From Candidatus Cloacimonadales bacterium (lineage in GTDB: Bacteria > Cloacimonadota > Cloacimonadia > Cloacimonadales > JAFGVF01), in NCBI GenBank assembly GCA_963667035.1, contig OY762964.1:1376001-1440000 (forward strand): a DNA stretch of 64,000 nt, written 5' to 3'. This document shows, one piece after another, positions 39,927 through 51,216 of the stretch (position 1 is its first letter; each line of letters starts with the position of its first letter). Made by a program: the position numbers and the translations under genes. A model generated the notes under the pieces. The model was not told where the DNA came from. It saw only the letters and a list, made by a program, of their open reading frames with translations, and did no database searches.

Positions 39927-41137
39927 TACTTTTGTTCCTTTATTATGTTTTTATATATCTCCTTCTCTATTTCAGATAGAGAAAGATCACGTCTTTTTTT
40001 AACAACATCTGCAGTTTCACAGAATTTATCTATTCTATAGTCCACAAGATGGTTACACTCTCCCCACATAAAAGAAGGGATATAACCATCGATCAAATCT
40101 TTTCCGAATAGATTCGAGCCAATTCCTATCACGGTTCCAGTATTTATACTACAGTTTATACCAATCTTGGAATGGTCACCGATAATACATCCCAAGAATT
40201 GACTTCCCGAATCAATCTTTTCTCCAGAACTGTAATTATACACTTTTACATTCTTGTATGTGTTCTTAAGGTCACTATTGGAAGTCCCTGCACCCAGATT
40301 AACCCATTCTCCTAAATAAGCATGTCCGAGAAATCCGTCATGCTGTTTATTTGAGTAAGCTTGAATTATTGTTTCTTCAACCTCACCGCCAATTTTGCAT
40401 ACAGGACCAATAGAAGTACCTTCATAGATCTTTGCACCCACTTTAATCCGGCTCTTCTTACCAATATAGCAAGGACCTTCAATGAAAGTGTTCGCCATTA
40501 TTATTGCATCCTCATCTATCACAACCGGACCAGAAGTTGCATCTATAACACAATTCACTCCAAGCTTAGTTCCTTCACCAATCCATACACTATAGGGATT
40601 CAGAACTGTAACACCGGTTTCAGTCTCAAAGAAATTATCATTGTCATAGAAGAACTCATTAAAATCATTTGTTATCATCTCTCCATTAAAATGAATCAGT
40701 TCAAAAATATAATCCCATGTTTTGATACTTGTCTCTTTAAAACTTACATTTCTTGAAACTTCATCAATAGTTTCTGATGAACATTCTCTGGTTTCGATAT
40801 TAGCCTTAAAGGCATAAATTGTGTTTCCGTTATTTAATCCCTCCCCGGCTACCAACTTTGATGTGAGAACTATAAACTCTTTGTTTATTCTAACTCTTGA
40901 ATTAACAAAAAGACATTCTCCTGAAGGGATTGAATTAATGTTCCAATCTGAATGTCGATCCTTGTACAAAGATACCAATTTACCAGAAACTATAATATTA
41001 GTATCTTCAGCATCAAAATATGCTCTTATTCTTTGTCCAAGTTTTAAAATGCCAACTCTCAAATCACTTATAGCTCTATTTAAAGTAAGAGGATAAAAAT
41101 CTACTGTTTTATTGTCATCAAAAATTATAATTTGCAT
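39926..41137 (-). CDS. putative sugar nucleotidyltransferase, GlmU-like with hexapeptide repeats
   Basis: FYPLTLNRAISDLRVGI, left-handed beta-helix repeats, SNKQHDGFLGHAYLGEWVNLGAGT. Confidence 0.85.
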   Translation of the reverse strand: MQIIIFDDNKTVDFYPLTLNRAISDLRVGILKLGQRIRAYFDAEDTNIIVSGKLVSLYKDRHSDWNINSIPSGECLFVNSRVRINKEFIVLTSKLVAGEGLNNGNTIYAFKANIETRECSSETIDEVSRNVSFKETSIKTWDYIFELIHFNGEMITNDFNEFFYDNDNFFETETGVTVLNPYSVWIGEGTKLGVNCVIDATSGPVVIDEDAIIMANTFIEGPCYIGKKSRIKVGAKIYEGTSIGPVCKIGGEVEETIIQAYSNKQHDGFLGHAYLGEWVNLGAGTSNSDLKNTYKNVKVYNYSSGEKIDSGSQFLGCIIGDHSKIGINCSINTGTVIGIGSNLFGKDLIDGYIPSFMWGECNHLVDYRIDKFCETADVVKKRRDLSLSEIEKEIYKNIIKEQK

Positions 41138-41139
41138 GT

Positions 41140-42294
41140 TTATGTTCTCTTCAGTCTTGTAACCTTATTGGGTTTCTTTCCATACCATTCGAACAAGTTT
41201 AAATAACCCATTGGAACCGTAATAATATATAACAATGGCATCATAATTGCCCAGATTGGATAAAATAGCAATCTACTTCTTTTAACGTTCAAGTATTTAA
41301 AGCTAACCAAGAAGAGAGAAATCTCAATAAAAGTTCTCACTGCAACTTGGATTAAGGCGTACTTCCAGTTTAGAAAGAATAAAACGAAACCGGCAGTGTA
41401 ATATACCATGACTGCTGTGATTGACCAAAAAAAGAAAGGTCTCAAGATGGCTTGCCATTTCACATTCCAAGCCCATCGACTTCTTTGGTTCAACAGTTGT
41501 TTCCAACCAACAATCCTCGCTGTCTTAACAAAACTTGCTTTATCGAAATTGAATACATTTTTCAATCCGGCTTTCTTCATTATCTGCATGAGGTTGACAT
41601 CATCACCTGAGATAAGGTGTTTAATCTGCTCAAAGCCTCCAACTTTATCGAAAGCTTCTCTAGTATATGCCAGGTTCTGTCCAATACATGTATACCCTTC
41701 ACCCAATGCATAAGAACCAATTACAGCAGAGTATAGGGCTGCAAAATCATAATATTCAAATTTATGTAACAATGAAGCTTTATGCCAGTCCGGAAGATCA
41801 ATCTCTGAATATCCGGCAACTAATGAAACGTCTTTATCGTAGAATGCAGATACCATTGATTCAATCCATGTTGGAGGTACAATGCAATCCGCATCAGTAG
41901 TTAGGATGATTTCTCCTTTTGAAATAGATATTGCATTACTTAAAGCATTCTTTTTAGGTGATATAACTTCAGCCCTATTGTTTACTTCCAAAAGTTTTAT
42001 GTATGAATAACGAGAAGAATATTCTCTAATAATCTTTCTGGAATTATCTTCTGACAAATCATCGGCAATTATCACTTCAAATAAATCTGTGGGGTACGTC
42101 TGATTTACCAATGAGGTTAATAGTTTTCTTAGATTCTTGGATTCATTTCTTGCTGCAATGCAAACGGAAACAGTTTTCTTTTCATAGCTTTTGCGTATTT
42201 TAAGTTTCATTAAACTTGAAATAAAGAAGTAACCTAAAACCAGGTATATAACACACCCGATAATAAGGATTGAAAGCACAATATTCACAAACAT
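41140..42294 (-). CDS. family 2 glycosyltransferase, membrane-bound
   Basis: VSVCIAARNE, DDLSED, TTDADC, SGDD, NQRSRW. Confidence 0.92.
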   Translation of the reverse strand: MFVNIVLSILIIGCVIYLVLGYFFISSLMKLKIRKSYEKKTVSVCIAARNESKNLRKLLTSLVNQTYPTDLFEVIIADDLSEDNSRKIIREYSSRYSYIKLLEVNNRAEVISPKKNALSNAISISKGEIILTTDADCIVPPTWIESMVSAFYDKDVSLVAGYSEIDLPDWHKASLLHKFEYYDFAALYSAVIGSYALGEGYTCIGQNLAYTREAFDKVGGFEQIKHLISGDDVNLMQIMKKAGLKNVFNFDKASFVKTARIVGWKQLLNQRSRWAWNVKWQAILRPFFFWSITAVMVYYTAGFVLFFLNWKYALIQVAVRTFIEISLFLVSFKYLNVKRSRLLFYPIWAIMMPLLYIITVPMGYLNLFEWYGKKPNKVTRLKRT

Positions 42295-44417
42295 TAATTA
42301 TACCATCTCACAGATTTTTCCTCCAAAACAGTTACCGAATCAGCACACATCTTATAATGTGTAGGATAGAAATTATACATCAGACTATCTAAGAATACTT
42401 TAGGTTCTGTTCCATCGATAAAGACTTCATCTTTTGCGTTCTCTTCATTGAAAGCAAGAAATCCCGTAACAGGATTGATAGGTACTTTTACAATATTCTC
42501 AGGAACAACGAATCTATATCTTGAATCATTCTTTTTGGGTTTTACCCCATGATTCTGATTTATAATAGCTTTTAACTGTATTTTTGACCATGGAGGAGCA
42601 CATACTACACCACCTGACATTCTATCACCCATACTAATGTTAGAGTCAAAACCAACCCATATTCCGGTTACTATCTTTTTATTGAAACCAATAAACCAGG
42701 CATCTTTATAGTTATCGGTTGTACCTGTTTTACCGGCCGCAGGTAAATCCATACCATTTAGTTTAGCCATCCAGCCTGAACCTTCATTCACAACACTTTC
42801 CATCATGTTAGTCATGAGGTAAGCAACTTCAGGATTGCAGACTTCTTCTTTTCTAACTTCCATCTCTTCAAGAACTTTACCGTCTTTGTCTTCTACTTTC
42901 AGGATAAATTGAGGTATAACTCTCCAACCGTTATTGGGGAAAGTTGTATAAGAAGAGATTAGATTGATTGGCTTAACTTCTGTTGTACCGAGTGCACTTG
43001 ACATATTGGCATGCTTGCCAGTTGTAAGCCCAAACCTATATGCCATTTGTGCAAAATTGGCAGCTCCGACATCATACAACGCTCTAACTGCCCATATATT
43101 GTGAGAATTAGCCAAAGCTTCTCTCATAGTTACATAACCGTAATATCTGTCTCTTCTGTAATTATGAGGTCTCCATTCTTCACCTGATAGTAGGTGTACT
43201 ACAGTAGGAGCATCTTGTATAACTGTAGCCGGAGTATAGCCTTTCTCTACCGCTGCAGTATACAATATAGGCTTTATAGAAGAACCAGGAGATCTTCGAG
43301 CGTGAATCATCCTGTTAAATTTACTATGATTATGATTTCTACCCCCAAGCATTGCAAGAACTTCGCCGGTTTCAGCTTCCATAGAAAGCATTCCCCCCTG
43401 TAAATAAGGAGTTTTAATATCATTCTCAGTAGGTGAATAATCAGAGTACTTATTAGGGTAATCTCTTGCATTTTCTCTGATAGAAAGATATTCATTCATA
43501 ACAGAATCTGCATATTGTGTTAAATCATAATCCAGAGTTGTATAAATCTTTAATCCACCTTCAAACAGCATTTGAGTTCCATATTTTCGTTCAAGTTGAA
43601 GTCTGATATGCTCAATAAAGTAATCAGCCGGATCATTCTTAACCGGAGCTCTTTCTTGAATCAACGGTGCGTTCTTGGCATTAATGTACTGTGTTTGGTT
43701 AATCTTATCTTCTTCCAGCATTCTTTTCAAAACAAGGTTTCTTCTTTTAATTGCTCGTTCAGGATGTTTAATTGGATTCAAGTAGTTAGGAATCTGGATT
43801 ATCCCTGCTAAAGTAGCAGCTTCGGGTAGTGAAAGTTCACTCGCAGATTTTTTAAAATAATGCTTTGCAGCTGTTTCCACACCATAGACTCCACCTCCGA
43901 AATAAATCTTATTGAAGTACATTTCAATTATTTCGCTTTTAGAGAAGTTCTTTTCTATTATCAAAGCCAACATAGCTTCTTTAATTTTTCTTGTTATCTG
44001 TTTGTTCTGAGTAAGAAACAAGGCACGAGCCAACTGTTGGGTTATAGTTGATGCTCCTTGCGAGAAACCACCTCGCTTGATATTTACAAAAAAGGCTCTG
44101 GCAGTTCCCTTAATATCGACACCAAAATGTTCATAGAAGTTGCTGTCCTCAGTGGCAATAAGGGCATCCACAAGGTACGGAGGGAGTTCTTGATAGAAAG
44201 CCATAGTACGCTTTTCAAAAGCAAACATATGGATTAGGCGTCCATAGCGATCATAAACTTCCGATCCTTGAGCCATGTGATAGTTTCTCATCTCGGTAAC
44301 AGGCGGTAACTCATCTGAATAGTACCATAAAATTCCTATTATAATACCGATAATGAACATGACTACACATGCTTCGATTAAAAGATATTTCTTAAAGTAT
44401 CTTCTAAAATCATCCAT
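42294..44417 (-). CDS. class A penicillin-binding protein (PBP1A family)
   Basis: EDSNFYEHFGVD, GASTITQQL, RKIKE; SSIK, SHN and KTGT transpeptidase motifs. Confidence 0.93.
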   Translation of the reverse strand: MDDFRRYFKKYLLIEACVVMFIIGIIIGILWYYSDELPPVTEMRNYHMAQGSEVYDRYGRLIHMFAFEKRTMAFYQELPPYLVDALIATEDSNFYEHFGVDIKGTARAFFVNIKRGGFSQGASTITQQLARALFLTQNKQITRKIKEAMLALIIEKNFSKSEIIEMYFNKIYFGGGVYGVETAAKHYFKKSASELSLPEAATLAGIIQIPNYLNPIKHPERAIKRRNLVLKRMLEEDKINQTQYINAKNAPLIQERAPVKNDPADYFIEHIRLQLERKYGTQMLFEGGLKIYTTLDYDLTQYADSVMNEYLSIRENARDYPNKYSDYSPTENDIKTPYLQGGMLSMEAETGEVLAMLGGRNHNHSKFNRMIHARRSPGSSIKPILYTAAVEKGYTPATVIQDAPTVVHLLSGEEWRPHNYRRDRYYGYVTMREALANSHNIWAVRALYDVGAANFAQMAYRFGLTTGKHANMSSALGTTEVKPINLISSYTTFPNNGWRVIPQFILKVEDKDGKVLEEMEVRKEEVCNPEVAYLMTNMMESVVNEGSGWMAKLNGMDLPAAGKTGTTDNYKDAWFIGFNKKIVTGIWVGFDSNISMGDRMSGGVVCAPPWSKIQLKAIINQNHGVKPKKNDSRYRFVVPENIVKVPINPVTGFLAFNEENAKDEVFIDGTEPKVFLDSLMYNFYPTHYKMCADSVTVLEEKSVRWYN

Positions 44418-44418
44418 A

Positions 44419-44946
44419 CTAAACCCCAAAAGTAATCCTTTTCTTTAAATGAAGAGCAATAACTCCGGTTATAGAACCGGATATAAGTCCGATTATTAGT
44501 AACAACGGTATAAATCTAAATACCGAATCTGACTGTATCATTACTGACCTTAAAACAACCAGTTGCACTAGATTATGTATCACTGCTCCAATAACACTTA
44601 TCCCTATAATACTAAGTCCTGTTTTAATCTTAAAGAATAGAATCATAGCAAGTACAGAGGCTATTGTCGCCCCTAAAGAAATCAACGATATTGGAGTAAA
44701 CAGGGTCCCTATGAAAAAACCACCAATAACTATTTTTAAGATTGAAACCGTAAAAGCCATAAGATTGAATCCATCTGCTAACAATATCAGTATAGCAATA
44801 TTAGCTAATCCGATTCTAACAAATGGAAGTGGCTTAGGTATCACAGCTTCAAAAATATATGCTGTGACCGCAAATGCTGTAAAAAAGGCAAGGTAGAGGT
44901 TTCTTTTTGATTTATCTATTCTTAATTCTGATGACATATTTACCAT
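44419..44946 (-). CDS. Gx transporter family membrane protein (heptaprenyl diphosphate synthase component I-like)
   Basis: EAVIPKPLPFVRIGLAN, SIIGISVIGAVIHNLVQL. Confidence 0.85.
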   Translation of the reverse strand: MVNMSSELRIDKSKRNLYLAFFTAFAVTAYIFEAVIPKPLPFVRIGLANIAILILLADGFNLMAFTVSILKIVIGGFFIGTLFTPISLISLGATIASVLAMILFFKIKTGLSIIGISVIGAVIHNLVQLVVLRSVMIQSDSVFRFIPLLLIIGLISGSITGVIALHLKKRITFGV

Positions 44947-45201
44947 TTATTTCTATTTTAATTAAAAAAAATATCTCATCCACTAAAGTCAAGTCTTATC
45001 TTACTACTATCATAGGCATATTTTTAATGAATAGAATCATAGCTACATCATGGATAGAGAAAGTTGAGTTTTAAACTGTCATTTGTAATATAAAGAACTC
45101 AGAAAACTATGCTGTAATATATTATATATGTTTTAGTTACATATATATTCTTAATGTTACACATCATATATTAATACTAACTCTATGACTTCGTATGTAT
45201 T

Positions 45202-45924
45202 TCATACAGCTTTGATATAATTTGATACTAGAATGATAGATATATCATCCCTAGAAAGATTCTGTATTGCTAATCTACCTAACTTCTCAACTCCTTCTTT
45301 TAGTGAGTTAATGTCCTTAATGGCTTCATGAATTTCATCATCAGTGGTTACATCTGTTAATCCGTCACTACAAAGCAAGAAAATCCATTGTTCCGTGGGA
45401 TAGAATATCTTGTATAAATTAATTTGAGGTTCTTCATGTATACCTAAAGCTTCGGAAAGAATATTCTTTCTCGAGTGGGTAATCATTTCATCCTTAGTAA
45501 TAACCCCCTGGCTGAACAGCTCCCATACAGGAGATTGGTCTTCTGTTAGTTGCTCGAAATCTTTAGGAGTAATCAGATAAACTCTACTGTCCCCCACACT
45601 TACTATCTCTGCATTTCTTTTATTAAGAATCAAGGCTACCAGTGTTGTCCCCATTCCTGCTGAATTAGGATGCTCTTTAGAGTATTGTCTAAGACTTTCG
45701 TTAACTCTTTTAGTTGTTGTAAGTAAAGATTCAGATTCGCTATGATACTCTTTAAATTTACTGATACATAATTGGGAAGCAACTTCACCATCAGGATGCC
45801 CCCCCATTCCATCACAAAGAATATATAATCGTTTCTCGTTCCCATTCTCAGGAATATAAATGGAATCTTCATTGATATTGGATCTCAGACCGTTAACCGA
45901 TTTAGCATATACGTACATTATCAC
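45202..45924 (-). CDS. PP2C-family Ser/Thr protein phosphatase
   Basis: NEDS, CDGMGGH, GMGTT, VGDSRVY, LCSDGL, RDDIS. Confidence 0.93.
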   Translation of the reverse strand: MIMYVYAKSVNGLRSNINEDSIYIPENGNEKRLYILCDGMGGHPDGEVASQLCISKFKEYHSESESLLTTTKRVNESLRQYSKEHPNSAGMGTTLVALILNKRNAEIVSVGDSRVYLITPKDFEQLTEDQSPVWELFSQGVITKDEMITHSRKNILSEALGIHEEPQINLYKIFYPTEQWIFLLCSDGLTDVTTDDEIHEAIKDINSLKEGVEKLGRLAIQNLSRDDISIILVSNYIKAV

Positions 45925-46437
45925 CTCAATCAGATATTACCCTATTAAAGCAGTGTGTCAATCTTTTGTTTCATATTTCTACTTTCCACCTCATTTTATT
46001 ATAATCGTGCTTTATAACAACTTGTTTTTGCATAGGAAGTTATGTCATAATTCTAACATTAGTTAAAACAAAATGCTTCTTTATGTTTCATTTTCTGTAA
46101 ACCTTCAATTCCTCAGACCTCGATGTAACTACTTTATTCAGGACAAAATATTCCTCGTAGAGGTACAACATTTTAGGTCTTTACCGGAACAGTACAGTTT
46201 CTTTGAACTATCTTAATTACTTATAAATCATGATTAATCTGCTGACATTTTGTTTAGAACCTCTTTACTGTTTGCACACGGATTGCTCAAGAGACTCCCA
46301 AGAATCGGACAAGTTTCCAACAATGATTATGATAGAGGCAAGATAGTTAATTAAACTACACGAGAGTGACTAGTCACCTTTAAAAGTATCAATCCTAGTG
46401 AGGTCAACGTTTTTACCAAGAAAAATACTACGTAAAC

Positions 46438-46716
46438 TATCCCTCCACCCACTCGTTACTCCCATGAGCAATATTTACTCAATCCTTACACATCTCTTAC
46501 TCAACACTTACTCAAAACATGATTTTGGAGTTGGAAATTAGTAAGAAGTTTGGGAGTGTTATATCTCAATTCTATCTATGTTGCTCAAGTGCAAAACGGG
46601 AGAAAATCCGGATTAAAAATGCTAAATGGTGAATGGTGAATGATAAATGAAAGAAGTAAGTTAATGAAGTATCAGATGTACCTTCGTAATGGTTGAGTTT
46701 TGGAATCCTAGTGAAT
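46438..46716. repeat. dispersed palindromic intergenic element, copy 2
   Basis: About 90% identical to 5353-5520 over 168 bp; phased ACTCA/ACACA at 46477, 46488, 46499, 46510. Confidence 0.9.
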
Positions 46717-46998
46717 AAAGTCGAACGGGGCTCTCAATAAATCTTCAGTACCTCACTGTTTCTAGTATTGAATTATGTAGTTTTAACAAGATTAATAGCA
46801 TTTTGTAATGCTTGCATACTAAAGATACAGGAAAGATTCCGCTTATCATTCATACCTCCTTTCGACAGGAATGACGAATATAGCGGTATTCGTATCTTAT
46901 TATTGTTCATTACATTACAATATTTCAGCAATATGGATTATAAGGCATAACATCATGCTAACTATATGAATGCATTTAAGTTACAAAATAATTAGTTC

Positions 46999-47027
46999 TT
47001 GACACATAATAATTTGGTTCTTAATAT
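46999..47027 (+). promoter_or_regulatory. sigma70-like promoter of the OMP gene
   Basis: TTGACA-17 bp-TAATAT, followed by AAGGAGG RBS. Confidence 0.6.
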
Positions 47028-47051
47028 TGATTTAACAAAAGGAGGAGAAAT

Positions 47052-48209
47052 ATGAAAAAAATCATAATTCTTTGTATTGTAACTCTGATTGCTTTGAGTG
47101 CATTCGCTCAAAGTCCACGCCTAATGAGTATGGGAAACGTAGACGGATATGTTGCAGATGCTGATGATATCTTTACATATCCGGGTGCAATTCACAACTA
47201 CGGTAATACAGCTTATGCATATCTTGGACAAGATGCCCAAGATGATTACTGGAAAAACTTCGGAATTAACGTAGCATTTAATAATTACATAATAGGTGCA
47301 TACTTCAATAAACCTGTTATGTGGAACCCTACATTTATGGTCTTAAACGATGTAGAGTTAGACAAGCAAATGGATCTCTTCTTTGGTTTCAACGAGTCAT
47401 TAGCAATATATTTAACACTCGCTCTTGACGGTTATAGCGAACCTGGAGACGACCCGGACAATGAAGACACTGAAGTAGCAATGTGTTTCGGTCTTGGTGG
47501 TGGTTATTCTACTGATAAAATGGATATTGGTATTCATGTATCAATTCCTGTTTACGGAAGAGAGACATCCTATTCAGTAGTTGACCCTGTTGAAGAACCA
47601 CGAGTTAACTCTGTTGAAGAATCAGAAAGCAAATTTGCATTAGCTCTTGATGGAAGAATGACTTTTGCTCAAGTCGGTAACGTTGACTTTGTCGGTAAAG
47701 CTGACATCATGTTTGCCGGTGGTACATATGACGACGGAAATGATGCAACTAAAGACAAAGAAGACTCAATGCTAGGTTTTGGTATCGGAGTTGCAGGAGT
47801 TTACAATTACGATGAAAATAATAAAGTTGTCGTAGGTTTTACTCCAATTGATATGCTTGTTAAATCAGAAGACGATGGCTTAACAAAAGAGACTGATGCT
47901 ACCGTAACATTCCCTGCTTTCAATATTGGTATTGAATCACAAGTATGTAAATGGCTTGTTCTTCGTGCAGGTATGACTCAAGAATACAGTGTAAACTCTG
48001 TAACTACCGAGGAAGACAATGAAGATGACCAAGTTACAACAACTTGGGATAGTGATTTCATGTATAATATGGGTATGGGAATCATGTTTAGAAATTTCAC
48101 ACTTGATTTTGTATTCAATGAAGATTTCTTACATGATGGTCCTAACTTCATTACCGGTCAAAACACAGATGCCTTTGCCGGCGAGTTAATGTTAAAATAT
48201 AAGTTCTAA
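47052..48209 (+). CDS. outer-membrane beta-barrel protein (porin-like)
   Basis: Signal peptide (AFA), alternating strands, ends LKYKF; has its own promoter and terminator. Confidence 0.75.
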   Translation: MKKIIILCIVTLIALSAFAQSPRLMSMGNVDGYVADADDIFTYPGAIHNYGNTAYAYLGQDAQDDYWKNFGINVAFNNYIIGAYFNKPVMWNPTFMVLNDVELDKQMDLFFGFNESLAIYLTLALDGYSEPGDDPDNEDTEVAMCFGLGGGYSTDKMDIGIHVSIPVYGRETSYSVVDPVEEPRVNSVEESESKFALALDGRMTFAQVGNVDFVGKADIMFAGGTYDDGNDATKDKEDSMLGFGIGVAGVYNYDENNKVVVGFTPIDMLVKSEDDGLTKETDATVTFPAFNIGIESQVCKWLVLRAGMTQEYSVNSVTTEEDNEDDQVTTTWDSDFMYNMGMGIMFRNFTLDFVFNEDFLHDGPNFITGQNTDAFAGELMLKYKF

Positions 48210-48225
48210 TTTAGATTATAACAAC

Positions 48226-48256
48226 AAAGCCTACCGTATTCTCGGTAGGCTTTTTT
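48226..48256. terminator. bidirectional Rho-independent terminator
   Basis: AAAGCCTACCG-TATTCT-CGGTAGGCTTTTTT between convergent genes. Confidence 0.88.
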
Positions 48257-48280
48257 AATTTAAATAACATAATATATTTT

Positions 48281-50068
48281 CTAAAAAGAATATTCAATCT
48301 GAGCTGATAACTCCCAAATACTATCTCTTCCTTTTTCAAATTCAGGATTCAATTTAAAGCTAATAAATGAATTATAAGAGAAATAATAGTTAGTAACCCA
48401 ATCAATTTCAAGGGTTTGGTCATCACCCCACTCATATCTTGGAGTGAATACAGTGTTTAGATTGTTATAGTACTTAGAAAGCTTCCAAACAAGGGCTTGG
48501 TCTTCATTCTTGACTGTAATTAAATATACGTCATCAACTTTACTTCCATCTTCGCTTGTTAGATATTCGTAAGTTAACTCGGTTCTAAAATTGTTTTTGT
48601 ATGTTTGCATACCACTACCAAATCTATTGAAGGCATATTCCTTAGTTATTAGTGGATTATTATCCCATATAAATGAGTACTTAGCTCCAAGCTTTCTATA
48701 GAATCGATCACTGAAACTACCTTCATCACTATATTCATAATCTTTGTAACTTGCATATATCTGGTAATTCTGAGCAAGTATCAAGTTATCATTAAGAAGT
48801 ATTTTAACTATCGGTTGTAAGTCATAATCGGTTTTTCTATAATTGTTACCTGAATAGGAACCGTTAATATAGATATCGTCTTGCTGATGCCATCCAAACT
48901 TAAATTCTGTGAAAATTGATTTGTATGGATAAAACTTTAGTCTCGTACTAAAATAATCAGTAAGATTATCTTTATCAGCATCTTCCAAAGCTCCGGGATA
49001 CTCTCTTCTGAACAATTGTTTACTATAAGAAATTTCAAGAGTATCAGCTTCCATAAAATTGTAAGCAAAGCTACCTAAAGCTTTTCTGGTCTCCTCTACC
49101 CTATCCCCGGCTCCTTCGTCAAAGTCCTTTTCAAATCTTGAGTAAAACAACTCTGTTTTGAAAACAACATCCGTCATTGGAATAACTAGATTAAGAGTTG
49201 ACTCATTAGTCCAGTCATTACTATTCTTTAATACACTATTATCAACTGAATAGCTGGTGGAATAAAATCTATTATCCAATGAGATATTGTACTTATCCTT
49301 AATAATATCATCATAGTATAGATTGAAATCAAGTTTATCGACTGATTGTTTATCAGCAACAACATACGCCTCACTAGAGTTTGATGTAGCCATAATCTTC
49401 TCTCTGTTAATGTTATAATTAACACTTGCAGAAAGAAAACGAGTTCTACCATTATATATCCAACCTAAATTTGAATTTAAGCGATTGAATTTCTTGCTAT
49501 CGGTATATTTGGCGTCATAACTGGACACAAACTGAAGTAATCCGTTAGCGACATCAGAAGAGTATCGTAGATTCAGATTATTTCCTGTTCCATTACTTAT
49601 ATAATTCCTTTCAGTCGCAGTATGTTCTTCCTTCGAATAAAAGTACTGTATCTTACCTTCAATAATCAAACTATCGACTATTGAATATCTGAGCAGTTGT
49701 CCAAGAGAACCGGAATTAGTAAATATCTTATCTGATGACCTTATTGAGCTGTCATAATCACTTTTCTTATATGAAATCAAGCTTTGATGAGTCAGCTTAT
49801 TGAATAAATACGAAGATTGCCAATCATGAGAAGAAGTCTTGTACTCTTGATGAATTCTTTTGTTTAGTCCCCAATCAGTTTGAGTAGTATATTTCCATTG
49901 GAACTTACCGTCCAAATCAGGTTTATATATCAGATTAGATTCAATCTTTGTATCCTGATCATAGCTTCTAAAATTACCGGAGAAAGCACTCTGAGCTAAT
50001 AATGCATTAAAGGAGAGGCAGAATAGCAGTGTAAAGACTGATAAACTCTTCTTCATTAAGTGTTTCAC
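48281..50068 (-). CDS. hypothetical outer-membrane beta-barrel protein
   Basis: Signal peptide, Tyr/Ser/Asp-rich strands, ends IEYSF. Confidence 0.65.
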   Translation of the reverse strand: MKHLMKKSLSVFTLLFCLSFNALLAQSAFSGNFRSYDQDTKIESNLIYKPDLDGKFQWKYTTQTDWGLNKRIHQEYKTSSHDWQSSYLFNKLTHQSLISYKKSDYDSSIRSSDKIFTNSGSLGQLLRYSIVDSLIIEGKIQYFYSKEEHTATERNYISNGTGNNLNLRYSSDVANGLLQFVSSYDAKYTDSKKFNRLNSNLGWIYNGRTRFLSASVNYNINREKIMATSNSSEAYVVADKQSVDKLDFNLYYDDIIKDKYNISLDNRFYSTSYSVDNSVLKNSNDWTNESTLNLVIPMTDVVFKTELFYSRFEKDFDEGAGDRVEETRKALGSFAYNFMEADTLEISYSKQLFRREYPGALEDADKDNLTDYFSTRLKFYPYKSIFTEFKFGWHQQDDIYINGSYSGNNYRKTDYDLQPIVKILLNDNLILAQNYQIYASYKDYEYSDEGSFSDRFYRKLGAKYSFIWDNNPLITKEYAFNRFGSGMQTYKNNFRTELTYEYLTSEDGSKVDDVYLITVKNEDQALVWKLSKYYNNLNTVFTPRYEWGDDQTLEIDWVTNYYFSYNSFISFKLNPEFEKGRDSIWELSAQIEYSF

Positions 50069-50807
50069 CTCTTCTTGTTAAATCGATTGGACCGGATTCT
50101 TGCAAACTAGCTATACCCTCTTTTGAGAGTATTGATTTCAAATTAACTCTCAACATCTTCCTTCTATTTCTAAATGATGTTTCAACTAAATGCCAGAAAA
50201 ACTTCTCATTCTTAATACTCGGTTGATTCTCCCTTGGAGTAAGTCTGATTACAGCAGAATCTACTTTTGGAGGAGGAGTGAATAGATGTGGCGGAACGGT
50301 GAATAGGTACTCAGGATTATAATAGAATTGGGTCTTGAGACTAAGTATACCATAAGCTTTAGTCCCTGGTCCCGCCATAATTCTCTCTGCGACCTCTTTC
50401 TGAATCATGATAGTTATATTAGGAAAAAAATTTCTGTATGTTATCGCTTTAAAAACAAACGGGGAGGTAATTTGGTAAGGCAAATTAGCAACTATTGCAG
50501 AACCTTCCGGTATGCCTAATTCATCCCACTTGAGTCTAAGAATATCCCAATTAATAAGCTTTATTGAGTCCCCAAATCTCTGTTCAAGAATAGGCACTAA
50601 GTCTTTATCAAGCTCAACAGCCGTAACTTTTGCTCCTATCGACAAAAGCTCTTCAGTTAAGACTCCTTCTCCCGGACCTACTTCTAACACTTCTGTTCCA
50701 TTTGTTACTTTAGACTCTCTGACTATTTTCCTAATTATGTTTTTATCGTGGAGAAAATGCTGTCCTAAAGCCTTTTTATGTTTATGATTATAATCGATTT
50801 TCATCAC
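50007..50807 (-). CDS. rsmA: 16S rRNA m6,2A1518/1519 dimethyltransferase
   Basis: KKALGQHFL, EVGPGEGVLT, ANLPYQIT, MIQKEVAERI, PPPKVDSAV. Confidence 0.96.
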   Translation of the reverse strand: MMKIDYNHKHKKALGQHFLHDKNIIRKIVRESKVTNGTEVLEVGPGEGVLTEELLSIGAKVTAVELDKDLVPILEQRFGDSIKLINWDILRLKWDELGIPEGSAIVANLPYQITSPFVFKAITYRNFFPNITIMIQKEVAERIMAGPGTKAYGILSLKTQFYYNPEYLFTVPPHLFTPPPKVDSAVIRLTPRENQPSIKNEKFFWHLVETSFRNRRKMLRVNLKSILSKEGIASLQESGPIDLTRRGETLNEEEFISLYTAILPLL

Positions 50808-51216
50808 CTGCTATTTATTTGATTTGAAACTAACTCAATCCCATGATTTAAGTCAATGATTTTATCGGATTAGTGCATAGATTAATAGATATCATCAATC
50901 CTTACTATAGTAAATTTGTCTTTACCATAGATAGCGATATAGGTTTACTTCAGATTGATTCTTGCTATATCTCTCTTGTCTTTCTATATTACTTCTAGTT
51001 AGTTACATCTATTATCTTAAAGTTAATTATATCTTTTCTGGACATATTTATATAATTCTCAAAGCAGTTCACAACAATCATAATAAGTATCGTAAAACTC
51101 GTTAGTTTAATAGAAAGCTTTATACTGAACAGAAATCATACAATCTTTAAAATAACTTTGCCAAATAAATTTAACTCAATAAACTTGTCATTTAGAAGTA
51201 ATAGAGAGATATAGAT

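Noticed and set aside
46830..46895. AGATTCC...GGAATGAC REP-like remnant and adjacent small hairpin
   Set aside because: Single degenerate copy in the window; insufficient evidence
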